Assembly (NCBI GenBank): GCA_964057225.1
Contig: OZ059896.1
Coordinates: 20,460,001-20,524,000 of the forward strand
DNA length: 64,000 nucleotides
Direction of reading: 5' to 3'
From: Auanema rhodensis
Taxonomy: Eukaryota; Animalia; Nematoda
Each line of letters starts with the position of its first letter. Position 1 is the stretch's first letter. Under the pieces are notes generated by a model. That model had not been told where the DNA came from and ran no database searches. It saw only the letters and a program-made list of their open reading frames with translations. Made by a program: the position numbers and the translations under genes. Shown piece by piece: positions 11,935 to 25,800 of the stretch.

Positions 11935-14900
11935 AGTTATGATCGTTTGAAAAATGATGCATTAGTGTATGTTGAGTTTCCATGTACACTCAACATTGCT
12001 TCCAAAAACATTTTGACAAAAATTTTTTCGAAAAATTTCAAAATAATTTAGCAAAAAGTAGATGTTTTTAGATTCCATTTTTCAAGGCAAAGACGATGGA
12101 CAATGTTATTCAACGAAAAAATTAATTCTTCAGGGTGAAAATCGAGGATATAAGAGTGAACTTATATCAGTTGATATCTCGGTGCATTTTTAAGCTAGCG
12201 CAAATCTGATAACACAGATCGACGCAGCTTAAAAATCCGCATCGAATGCACTATACTACATTGAGAAACGCTTAATACAAAAATTAGTTATGATCGTTTG
12301 AAAAATGATGCATTAGTGTATGTTGAGTTTCCATGTACACTCAACATTGCTTCCAAAAACATTTTGACAAAAATTTTTTCGAAAAATTTCAAAATAATTT
12401 AGCAAAAAGTAGATGTTTTTAGATTCCATTTTTCAAGGCAAAGACGATGGACAATGTTATTCAACGAAAAAATTAATTCTTCAGGGTGAAAATCGAGGAT
12501 ATAAGTGTGAACTTATATCAGTTGATATCTCGGTGCATTTTCAAGCTAGCGCAAATCTGATAACACAGATCGACGCAGCTCAAAAATGCGCATCGAATGC
12601 ACTATACTACATTGAAAAACGCTTAATACAAAAATTAGTTATGATCGTTTGAAAAATGATGCATTAGTGTATGTTGAGTTTCCATGTACACTCAACATTG
12701 CTTCCAAAAACATTTTGACAAAAATTTTTTCGAAAAATTTCAAAATAATTTAGCAAAAAGTAGATGTTTTTAGATTCCATTTTTCAAGGCAAAGACGATG
12801 GACAGTGTTATTCAACGAAAAAAATAATTCTTCAGGGTGAAAATCGAGGATATAAGTGTGAACTTATATCAGTTGATATCTCGGTGCATTTTTCAGCTAG
12901 CGCAAATCTGATAACACAGATCGACGCAGCTTAAAAATCCGCATCGAATGCACTATACTACATTGAGAAACGCTTAATACAAAAATTAGTTATGATCGTT
13001 TGAAAAATGATGCATTAGTGTATGTTGAGTTTCCATGTACACTCAACATTGCTTCCAAAAACATTTTGACAAAAATTTTTTCGAAAAATTTCAAAATAAT
13101 TTAGCGAAAAGTAGATGTTTTTAGATTCCATTTTTCAAGGCAAAGACGATGAACAATGTTATTCAACGAAAAAATTAATTCTTCAGGGTGAAAATCGAGG
13201 ATATAAGAGTGAACTTATATCAGTTGATATCTCGGTGCATTTTTTAGCTAGCGCAAATCTGATAACACAGATCGACGCAGCTTAAAAATCCGCATCGAAT
13301 GCACTATACTACATTGAGAAACGCTTAATACAAAAATTAGTTATGATCGTTTGAAAAATGATGCATTAGTGTATGTTGAGTTTCCATGTACACTCAACAT
13401 TGCTTCCAAAAACATTTTGACAAAAATTTTTTCGAAAAATTTCAAAATAATTTAGCAAAAAGTAGATGTTTTTAGATTCCATTTTTCAAGGCAAAGACGA
13501 TGGACAATGTTATTCAACGAAAAAATTAATTCTTCAGGGTGAAAATCGAGGATATAAGTGTGAACTTATATCAGTTGATATCTCGGTGCATTTTTAAGCT
13601 AGCGCAAATCTGATAACACAGATCGACGCTGCTTAAAAATCCGCATCGAATGCACTATACTACATTGAGAAACGCTTAATACAAAAATTAGTTATGATCG
13701 TTTGAAAAATGATGCATTAGTGTATGTTGAGTTTCCATGTACACTCAACATTGCTTCCAAAAACATTTTGACAAAAATTTTTTCGAAAAATTTCAAAATA
13801 ATTTAGCAAAAAGTAGATGTTTTTAGATTCCATTTTTCAAGGCAAAGACGATGGACAATGTTATTCAACGAAAAAATTAATTCTTCAGGGTGAAAATCGA
13901 GGATATAAGAGTGAACTTATATCAGTTGATATCTCGGTGCATTTTTAAGCTAGCGCAAATCTGATAACACAGATCGACGCAGCTTAAAAATCCGCATCGA
14001 ATGCACTATACTACATTGAGAAACGCTTAATACAAAAATTAGTTATGATCGTTTGAAAAATGATGCATTAGTGTATGTTGAGTTTCCATGTACACTCAAC
14101 ATTGCTTCCAAAAACATTTTGACAAAAATTTTTTCGAAAAATTTCAAAATAATTTAGCAAAAAGTAGATGTTTTTAGATTCCATTTTTCAAGGCAAAGAC
14201 GATGGACAATGTTATTCAACGAAAAAATTAATTCTTCAGGGTGAAAATCGAGGATATAAGTGTGAACTTATATCAGTTGATATCTCGGTGCATTTTCAAG
14301 CTAGCGCAAATCTGATAACACAGATCGACGCAGCTTAAAAATGCGCATCGAATGCACTATACTACATTGAGAAACGCTTAATACAAAAATTAGTTATGAT
14401 CGTTTGAAAAATGATGCATTAGTGTATGTTGAGTTTCCATGTACACTCAACATTGCTTCCAAAAACATTTTGACAAAAATTTTTTCGAAAAATTTCAAAA
14501 TAATTTAGCAAAAAGTAGATGTTTTTAGATTCCATTTTTCAAGGCAAAGACGATGGACAGTGTTATTCAACGAAAAAAATAATTCTTCAGGGTGAAAATC
14601 GAGGATATAAGTGTGAACTTATATCAGTTGATATCTCGGTGCATTTTTCAGCTAGCGCAAATCTGATAACACAGATCGACGCAGCTTAAAAATCCGCATC
14701 GAATGCACTATACTACATTGAGAAACGCTTAATACAAAAATTAGTTATGATCGTTTGAAAAATGATGCATTAGTGTATGTTGAGTTTCCATGTACACTCA
14801 ACATTGCTTCCAAAAACATTTTGACAAAAATTTTTTCGAAAAATTTCAAAATAATTTAGCAAAAAGTAGATGTTTTTAGATTCCATTTTTCAAGGCAAAG

Positions 14901-17900
14901 ACGATGGACAATGTTATTCAACGAAAAAATTAATTCTTCAGGGTGAAAATCGAGGATATAAGAGTGAACTTATATCAGTTGATATCTCGGTGCATTTTTA
15001 AGCTAGCGCAAATCTGATAACACAGATCGACGCAGCTAAAAAATCCGCATCGAATGCACTATACTACATTGAGAAACGCTTAATACAAAAATTAGTTATG
15101 ATCGTTTGAAAAATGATGCATTAGTGTATGTTGAGTTTCCATGTACACTCAACATTGCTTCCAAAAACATTTTGACAAAAATTTTTTCGAAAAATTTCAA
15201 AATAATTTAGCAAAAAGTAGATGTTTTTAGATTCCATTTTTCAAGGCAAAGACGATGGACAATGTTATTCAACGAAAAAATTAATTCTTCAGGGTGAAAA
15301 TCGAGGATATAAGAGTGAACTTATATCAGTTGATATCTCGGTGCATTTTTAAGCTAGCGCAAATCTGATAACACAGATCGACGCAGCTTAAAAATCCGCA
15401 TCGAATGCACTATACTACATTGAGAAACGCTTAATACAAAAATTAGTTATGATCGTTTGAAAAATGATGCATTAGTGTATGTTGAGTTTCCATGTACACT
15501 CAACATTGCTTCCAAAAACATTTTGACAAAAATTTTTTCGAAAAATTTCAAATTAATTTAGCAAAAAGTAGATGTTTTTAGATTCCATTTTTCAAGGCAA
15601 AGACGATGGACAATGTTATTCAACGAAAAAATTAATTCTTCAGGGTGAAAATCGAGGATATAAGAGTGAACTTATATCAGTTGATATCTCGGTGCATTTT
15701 TAAGCTAGCGCAAATCTGATAACACAGATCGACGCAGCTTAAAAATCCGCATCGAATGCACTATACTACATTGAGAAACGCTTAATACAAAAATTAGTTA
15801 TGATCGTTTGAAAAATGATGCATTAGTGTATGTTGAGTTTCCATGTACACTCAACATTGCTTCCAAAAACATTTTGACAAAAATTTTTTCGAAAAATTTC
15901 AAAATAATTTAGCAAAAAGTAGATGTTTTTAGATTCCATTTTTCAAGGCAAAGACGATGGACAATGTTATTCAACGAAAAAATTAATTCTTCAGGGTGAA
16001 AATCGAGGATATAAGTGTGAACTTATATCAGTTGATATCTCGGTGCATTTTCAAGCTAGCGCAAATCTGATAACACAGATCGACGCAGCTTAAAAATGCG
16101 CATCGAATGCACTATACTACATTGAAAAACGCTTAATACAAAAATTAGTTATGATCGTTTGAAAAATGATGCATTAGTGTATGTTGAGTTTCCATGTACA
16201 CTCAACATTGCTTCCAAAAACATTTTGACAAAAATTTTTTCGAAAAATTTCAAAATAATTTAGCAAAAAGTAGATGTTTTTAGATTCCATTTTTCAAGGC
16301 AAAGACGATGGACAGTGTTATTCAACGAAAAAAATAATTGTTCAGGGTGAAAATCGAGGATATAAGTGTGAACTTATATCAGTTGATATCTCGGTGCATT
16401 TTTCAGCTAGCGCAAATCTGATAACACAGATCGACGCAGCTTAAAAATCCGCATCGAATGCACTATACTACATTGAGAAACGCTTAATACAAAAATTAGT
16501 TATGATCGTTTGAAAAATGATGCATTAGTGTATGTTGAGTTTCCATGTACACTCAACATTGCTTCCAAAAACATTTTGACAAAAATTTTTTCGAAAAATT
16601 TCAAAATAATTTAGCGAAAAGTAGATGTTTTTAGATTCCATTTTTCAAGGCAAAGACGATGGACAATGTTATTCAACGAAAAAATTAATTCTTCAGGGTG
16701 AAAATCGAGGATATAAGAGTGAACTTATATCAGTTGATATCTCGGTGCATTTTTAAGCTAGCGCAAATCTGATAACACAGATCGACGCAGCTTAAAAATC
16801 CGCATCGAATGCACTATACTACATTGAGAAACGCTTAATACAAAAATTAGTTATGATCGTTTGAAAAATGATGCATTAGTGTATGTTGAGTTTCCATGTA
16901 CACTCAACATTGCTTCCAAAAACATTTTGACAAAAATTTTTTCGAAAAATTTCAAAATAATTTAGCAAAAAGTAGATGTTTTTAGATTCCATTTTTCAAG
17001 GCAAAGACGATGGACAATGTTATTCAACGAAAAAATTAATTCTTCAGGGTGAAAATCGAGGATATAAGTGTGAACTTATATCAGTTGATATCTCGGTGCA
17101 TTTTTAAGCTAGCGCAAATCTGATAACACAGATCGACGCAGCTTAAAAATCCGCATCGAATGCACTATACTACATTGAGAAACGCTTAATACAAAAATTA
17201 GTTATGATCGTTTGAAAAATGATGCATTAGTGTATGTTGAGTTTCCATGTACACTCAACATTGCTTCCAAAAACATTTTGACAAAAATTTTTTCGAAAAA
17301 TTTCAAAATAATTTAGCAAAAAGTAGATGTTTTTAGATTCCATTTTTCAAGGCAAAGACGATGGACAATGTTATTCAACGAAAAAATTAATTCTTCAGGG
17401 TGAAAATCGAGGATATAAGAGTGAACTTATATCAGTTGATATCTCGGTGCATTTTTAAGCTAGCGCAAATCTGATAACACAGATCGACGCAGCTTAAAAA
17501 TCCGCATCGAATGCACTATACTACATTGAGAAACGCTTAATACAAAAATTAGTTATGATCGTTTGAAAAATGATGCATTAGTGTATGTTGAGTTTCCATG
17601 TACACTCAACATTGCTTCCAAAAACATTTTGACAAAAATTTTTTCGAAAAATTTCAAAATAATTTAGCAAAAAGTAGATGTTTTTAGATTCCATTTTTCA
17701 AGGCAAAGACGATGGACAATGTTATTCAACGAAAAAATTAATTCTTCAGGGTGAAAATCGAGGATATAAGTGTGAACTTATATCAGTTGATATCTCGGTG
17801 CATTTTCAAGCTAGCGCAAATCTGATAACACAGATCGACGCAGCTTAAAAATGCGCATCGAATGCACTATACTACATTGAAAAACGCTTAATACAAAAAT

Positions 17901-18603
17901 TAGTTATGATCGTTTGAAAAATGATGCATTAGTGTATGTTGAGTTTCCATGTACACTCAACATTGCTTCCAAAAACATTTTGACAAAAATTTTTTCGAAA
18001 AATTTCAAAATAATTTAGCAAAAAGTAGATGTTTTTAGATTCCATTTTTCAAGGCAAAGACGATGGACAGTGTTATTCAACGAAAAAAATAATTCTTCAG
18101 GGTGAAAATCGAGGATATAAGTGTGAACTTATATCAGTTGATATCTCGGTGCATTTTTCAGCTAGCGCAAATCTGATAACACAGATCGACGCAGCTTAAA
18201 AATCCGCATCGAATGCACTATACTACATTGAGAAACGCTTAATACAAAAATTAGTTATGATCGTTTGAAAAATGATGCATTAGTGTATGTTGAGTTTCCA
18301 TGTACACTCAACATTGCTTCCAAAAACATTTTGACAAAAATTTTTTCGAAAAATTTCAAAATAATTTAGCAAAAAGTAGATGTTTTTAGATTCCATTTTT
18401 CAAGGCAAAGACGATGGACAATGTTATTCAACGAAAAAATTAATTCTTCAGGGTGAAAATCGAGGATATAAGAGTGAACTTATATCAGTTGATATCTCGG
18501 TGCATTTTTAAGCTAGCGCAAATCTGATAACACAGATCGACGCAGCTTAAAAATCCGCATCGAATGCACTATACTACATTGAGAAACGCTTAATACAAAA
18601 ATT
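11935..18603. repeat. Diverged 10-mer-period (3510 bp) duplication, M35-43 vs M45-53
   Basis: Same haplotype order at a 10-monomer offset. Private SNP A119G (TTAGCGAAAA) at 13106 and 16616. Several singleton SNPs differ between the copies. Confidence 0.75.
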
Positions 18604-21600
18604 AGTTATGATCGTTTGAAAAATGATGCATTAGTGTATGTTGAGTTTCCATGTACACTCAACATTGCTTCCAAAAACATTTTGACAAAAATTTTTTCGA
18701 AAAATTTCAAAATAATTTAGCAAAAAGTAGATGTTTTTAGATTCCATTTTTCAAGGCAAAGACGATGGACAGTGTTATTCAACGAAAAAAATAATTCTTC
18801 AGGGTGAAAATCGAGGATATAAGTGTGAACTTATATCAGTTGATATCTCGGTGCATTTTTCAGCTAGCGCAAATCTGATAACACAGATCGACGCAGCTTA
18901 AAAATCCGCATCGAATGCACTATACTACATTGAGAAACGCTTAATACAAAAATTAGTTATGATCGTTTGAAAAATGATGCATTAGTGTATGTTGAGTTTC
19001 CATGTACACTCAACATTGCTTCCAAAAACATTTTGACAAAAATTTTTTCGAAAAATTTCAAAATAATTTAGCAAAAAGTAGATGTTTTTAGATTCCATTT
19101 TTCAAGGCAAAGACGATGGACAATGTTATTCAACGAAAAAATTAATTCTTCAGGGTGAAAATCGAGGATATAAGAGTGAACTTATATCAGTTGATATCTC
19201 GGTGCATTTTTAAGCTAGCGCAAATCTGATAACACAGATCGACGCAGCTTAAAAATCCGCATCGAATGCACTATACTACATTGAGAAACGCTTAATACAA
19301 AAATTAGTTATGATCGTTTGAAAAATGATGCATTAGTGTATGTTGAGTTTCCATGTACACTCAACATTGCTTCCAAAAACATTTTGACAAAAATTTTTTC
19401 GAAAAATTTCAAAATAATTTAGCAAAAAGTAGATGTTTTTAGATTCCATTTTTCAAGGCAAAGACGATGGACAATGTTATTCAACGAAAAAATTAATTCT
19501 TCAGGGTGAAAATCGAGGATATAAGTGTGAACTTATATCAGTTGATATCTCGGTGCATTTTTAAGCTAGCGCAAATCTGATAACACAGATCGACGCAGCT
19601 TAAAAATCCGCATCGAATGCACTATACTACATTGAGAAACGCTTAATACAAAAATTAGTTATGATCGTTTGAAAAATGATGCATTAGTGTATGTTGAGTT
19701 TCCATGTACACTCAACATTGCTTCCAAAAACATTTTGACAAAAATTTTTTCGAAAAATTTCAAAATAATTTAGCAAAAAGTAGATGTTTTTAGATTCCAT
19801 TTTTCAAGGCAAAGACGATGGACAGTGTTATTCAACGAAAAAAATAATTCTTCAGGGTGAAAATCGAGGATATAAGTGTGAACTTATATCAGTTGATATC
19901 TCGGTGCATTTTTCAGCTAGCGCAAATCTGATAACACAGATCGACGCAGCTTAAAAATCCGCATCGAATGCACTATACTACATTGAGAAACGCTTAATAC
20001 AAAAATTAGTTATGATCGTTTGAAAAATGATGCATTAGTGTATGTTGAGTTTCCATGTACACTCAACATTGCTTCCAAAAACATTTTGACAAAAATTTTT
20101 TCGAAAAATTTCAAAATAATTTAGCAAAAAGTAGATGTTTTTAGATTCCATTTTTCAAGGCAAAGACGATGGACAATGTTATTCAACGAAAAAATTAATT
20201 CTTCAGGGTGAAAATCGAGGATATAAGAGTGAACTTATATCAGTTGATATCTCGGTGCATTTTTAAGCTAGCGCAAATCTGATAACACAGATCGACGCAG
20301 CTTAAAAATCCGCATCGAATGCACTATACTACATTGAGAAACGCTTAATACAAAAATTAGTTATGATCGTTTGAAAAATGATGCATTAGTGTATGTTGAG
20401 TTTCCATGTACACTCAACATTGCTTCCAAAAACATTTTGACAAAAATTTTTTCGAAAAATTTCAAAATAATTTAGCAAAAAGTAGATGTTTTTAGATTCC
20501 ATTTTTCAAGGCAAAGACGATGGACAATGTTATTCAACGAAAAAATTAATTCTTCAGGGTGAAAATCGAGGATATAAGTGTGAACTTATATCAGTTGATA
20601 TCTCGGTGCATTTTTAAGCTAGCGCAAATCTGATAACACAGATCGACGCAGCTTAAAAATCCGCATCGAATGCACTATACTACATTGAGAAACGCTTAAT
20701 ACAAAAATTAGTTATGATCGTTTGAAAAATGATGCATTAGTGTATGTTGAGTTTCCATGTACACTCAACATTGCTTCCAAAAACATTTTGACAAAAATTT
20801 TTTCGAAAAATTTCAAAATAATTTAGCAAAAAGTAGATGTTTTTAGATTCCATTTTTCAAGGCAAAGACGATGGACAGTGTTATTCAACGAAAAAAATAA
20901 TTCTTCAGGGTGAAAATCGAGGATATAAGTGTGAACTTATATCAGTTGATATCTCGGTGCATTTTTAAGCTAGCGCAAATCTGATAACACAGATCGACGC
21001 AGCTTAAAAATCCGCATCGAATGCACAATACTACATTGAGAAACGCTTAATACAAAAATTAGTTATGATCGTTTGAAAAATGATGCATTAGTGTATGTTG
21101 AGTTTCCATGTACACTCAACATTGCTTCCAAAAACATTTTGACAAAAATTTTTTCGAAAAATTTCAAAATAATTTAGCAAAAAGTAGATGTTTTTAGATT
21201 CCTTTTTTCAAGGCAAAGACGATGAACAATGTTATTCAACGAAAAAATTTTTTCTTCAGGGTGAAAATCGAGGATATAAGTGTGAACTTATATCAGTTGA
21301 TATCTCGGTGCATTTTTAAGCTAGCGCAAATCTGATAACACAGATCGACGCAGCTTAAAAATCCGCATCGAATGCACTATACGACATTGAGAAACGCTTA
21401 ATACAAAAATTAGTTATGATCGTTTGAAAAATGATGCATTAGTGTATGTTGAGTTTCCATGTACACTCAACATTGCTTCCAAAAACATTTTGACAAAAAT
21501 TTTTTCGAAAAATTTCAAAATAATTTAGCAAAAAGTAGATGTTTTTAGATTCCATTTTTCAAGGCAAAGACGATGGACAATGTTATTCAACGAAAAAATT

Positions 21601-22815
21601 AATTCTCCAGGGTGAAAATCGAGGATATAAGTGTGAACTTATATCAGTTGATATCTCGGTGCATTTTCAAGCTAGCGCAAATCTGATAACACAGATCGAC
21701 GCAGCTTAAAAATGCGCATCGAATGCACTATACTACATTGAAAAACGCTTAATACAAAAATTAGTTATGATCGTTTGAAAAATGATGCATTAGTGTATGT
21801 TGAGTTTCCATGTACACTCAACATTGCTTCCAAAAACATTTTGACAAAAATTTTTTCGAAAAATTTCAAAATAATTTAGCAAAAAGTAGATGTTTTTAGA
21901 TTCCATTTTTCAAGGCAAAGACGATGGACAGTGTTATTCAACGAAAAAAATAATTCTTCAGGGTGAAAATCGAGGATATAAGTGTGAACTTATATCAGTT
22001 GATATCTCGGTGCATTTTTCAGCTAGCGCAAATCTGATAACACAGATCGACGCAGCTTAAAAATCCGCATCGAATGCACTATACTACATTGAGAAACGCT
22101 TAATACAAAAATTAGTTATGATCGTTTGAAAAATGATGCATTAGTGTATGTTGAGTTTCCATGTACACTCAACATTGCTTCCAAAAACATTTTGACAAAA
22201 ATTTTTTCGAAAAATTTCAAAATAATTTAGCAAAAAGTAGATGTTTTTAGATTCCATTTTTCAAGGCAAAGACGATGGACAATGTTATTCAACGAAAAAA
22301 TTAATTCTTCAGGGTGAAAATCGAGGATATAAGAGTGAACTTATATCAGTTGATATCTCGGTGCATTTTTAAGCTAGCGCAAATCTGATAACACAGATCG
22401 ACGCAGCTTAAAAATCCGCATCGAATGCACTATACTACATTGAGAAACGCTTAATACAAAAATTAGTTATGATCGTTTGAAAAATGATGCATTAGTGTAT
22501 GTTGAGTTTCCATGTACACTCAACATTGCTTCCAAAAACATTTTGACAAAAATTTTTTCGAAAAATTTCAAAATAATTTAGCAAAAAGTAGATGTTTTTA
22601 GATTCCATTTTTCAAGGCAAAGACGATGGACAATGTTATTCAACGAAAAAATTAATTCTTCAGGGTGAAAATCGAGGATATAAGTGTGAACTTATATCAG
22701 TTGATATCTCGGTGCATTTTTAAGCTAGCGCAAATCTGATAACACAGATCGACGCAGCTTAAAAATCCGCATCGAATGCACTATACTACATTGAGAAACG
22801 CTTAATACAAAAATT

Positions 22816-25800
22816 AGTTATGATCGTTTGAAAAATGATGCATTAGTGTATGTTGAGTTTCCATGTACACTCAACATTGCTTCCAAAAACATTTTGACAA
22901 AAATTTTTTCGAAAAATTTCAGAATAATTTAGCAAAAAGTAGATGTTTTTAGATTCCATTTTTCAAGGCAAAGACGATGGACAGTGTTATTCAACGAAAA
23001 AAATAATTCTTCAGGGTGAAAATCGAGGATATAAGTGTGAACTTATATCAGTTGATATCTCGGTGCATTTTTAAGCTAGCGCAAATCTGATAACACAGAT
23101 CGACGCAGCTTAAAAATCCGCATCGAATGCACAATACTACATTGAGAAACGCTTAATACAAAAATTAGTTATGATCGTTTGAAAAATGATGCATTAGTGT
23201 ATGTTGAGTTTCCATGTACACTCAACATTGCTTCCAAAAACATTTTGACAAAAATTTTTTCGAAAAATTTCGAAATAATTTAGCAAAAAGTAGATGTTTT
23301 TAGATTCCTTTATTCAAGGCAAAGACGATGGACAATGTTATTCAACGAAAAAATTAATTCTTTAGGGTGAAAATCGAGGATATAAGTGTGAACTTATATC
23401 AGTTGATATCTTGGTGCATTTTTAAGCTAGCGCAAATCTGATAACACAGATCGACGCAGCTTAAAAATCCGCATCGAATGCACTATACTACATTGAGAAA
23501 CGCTTAATACAAAAATTAGTTATGATCGTTTGAAAAATGATGCATTAGTGTATGTTGAGTTTCCATGTACACTCAACATTGCTTCCAAAAACATTTTGAC
23601 AAAAATTTTTTCGAAAAATTTCAAAATAATTTAGCAAAAAGTAGATGTTTTTAGATTCCTTTTTTCAAGGCAAAGACGATGAACAATGTTATTCAACGAA
23701 AAAATTTTTTCTTCAGGGTGAAAATCGAGGATATAAGTGTGAACTTATATCAGTTGATATCTCGGTGCATTTTTAAGCTAGCGCAAATCTGATAACACAG
23801 ATCGACGCAGCTTAAAAATCCGCATCGAATGCACTATACGACATTGAGAAACGCTTAATACAAAAATTAGTTATGATCGTTTGAAAAATGATGCATTAGT
23901 GTATGTTGAGTTTCCATGTACACTCAACATTGCTTCCAAAAACATTTTGACAAAAATTTTTTCGAAAAATTTCAAAATAATTTAGCAAAAAGTAGATGTT
24001 TTTAGATTCCTTTATTCAAGGCAAAGACGATGGACAATGTTATTCAACGAAAAAATTAATTCTCCAGGGTGAAAATCGAGGATATAAGTGTGAACTTATA
24101 TCAGTTGATATCTCGGTGCATTTTTAAGCTAGCGCAAATCTGATAACACAGATCGACGCAGCTTAAAAATCCGCATCGAATGCATTATACTACATTGAGA
24201 AACGCTTAATACAAAAATTAGTTATGATCGTTTGAAAAATGATGCATTAGTGTATGTTGAGTTTCCATGTACACTCAACATTGCTTCCAAAAACATTTTG
24301 ACAAAAATTTTTTCGAAAAATTTCAAAATAATTTAGCAAAAAGTAGATGTTTTTAGATTCCTTTATTCAAGGCAAAGACGATGGACAATGTTATTCAACG
24401 AAAAAATTAATTCTTCAGGGTGAAAATCGAGGATATAAGTGTGAACTTATATCAGTTGATATCTCGGTGCATTTTTAAGCTAGCGCAAATCTGATAACAC
24501 AGATCGACGCAGCTTAAAAATCCGCATCGAATGCACTATACTACATTGAGAAACGCTTAATACAAAAATTAGTTATGATCGTTTGAAAAATGATGCATTA
24601 GTGTATGTTGAGTTTCCATGTACACTCAACATTGCTTCCAAAAACATTTTGACAAAAATTTTTTCGAAAAATTTCAAAATAATTTAGCAAAAAGTAGATG
24701 TTTTTAGATTCCATTTTTCAAGGCAAAGACGATGGACAGTGTTATTCAACGAAAAAAATAATTCTTCAGGGTGAAAATCGAGGATATAAGTGTGAACTTA
24801 TATCAGTTGATATCTCGGTGCATTTTTAAGCTAGCGCAAATCTGATAACACAGATCGACGCAGCTTAAAAATCCGCATCGAATGCACAATACTACATTGA
24901 GAAACGCTTAATACAAAAATTAGTTATGATCGTTTGAAAAATGATGCATTAGTGTATGTTGAGTTTCCATGTACACTCAACATTGCTTCCAAAAACATTT
25001 TGACAAAAATTTTTTCGAAAAATTTCGAAATAATTTAGCAAAAAGTAGATGTTTTTAGATTTTTTTATTCAAGGCAAAGACGATGGACAATGTTATTCAA
25101 CGAAAAAATTAATTCTTTAGGGTGAAAATCGAGGATATAAGTGTGAACTTATATCAGTTGATATCTTGGTGCATTTTTAAGCTAGCGCAAATCTGATAAC
25201 ACAGATCGACGCAGCTTAAAAATCCGCATCGAATGCACTATACTACATTGAGAAACGCTTAATACAAAAATTAGTTATGATCGTTTGAAAAATGATGCAT
25301 TAGTGTATGTTGAGTTTCCATGTACACTCAACATTGCTTCCAAAAACATTTTGACAAAAATTTTTTCGAAAAATTTCAAAATAATTTAGCAAAAAGTAGA
25401 TGTTTTTAGATTCCTTTTTTCAAGGCAAAGACGATGAACAATGTTATTCAACGAAAAAATTTTTTCTTCAGGGTGAAAATCGAGGATATAAGTGTGAACT
25501 TATATCAGTTGATATCTCGGTGCATTTTTAAGCTAGCGCAAATCTGATAACACAGATCGACGCAGCTTAAAAATCCGCATCGAATGCACTATACGACATT
25601 GAGAAACGCTTAATACAAAAATTAGTTATGATCGTTTGAAAAATGATGCATTAGTGTATGTTGAGTTTCCATGTACACTCAACATTGCTTCCAAAAACAT
25701 TTTGACAAAAATTTTTTCGAAAAATTTCAAAATAATTTAGCAAAGAGTAGATGTTTTTAGATTCCTTTATTCAAGGCAAAGACGATGGACAATGTTATTC

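Noticed and set aside
12413-12652. 79-aa ORF
   Set aside because: Requires 257C plus a rare 296C to remove two TAA stops. The rest of the frame has several stops.
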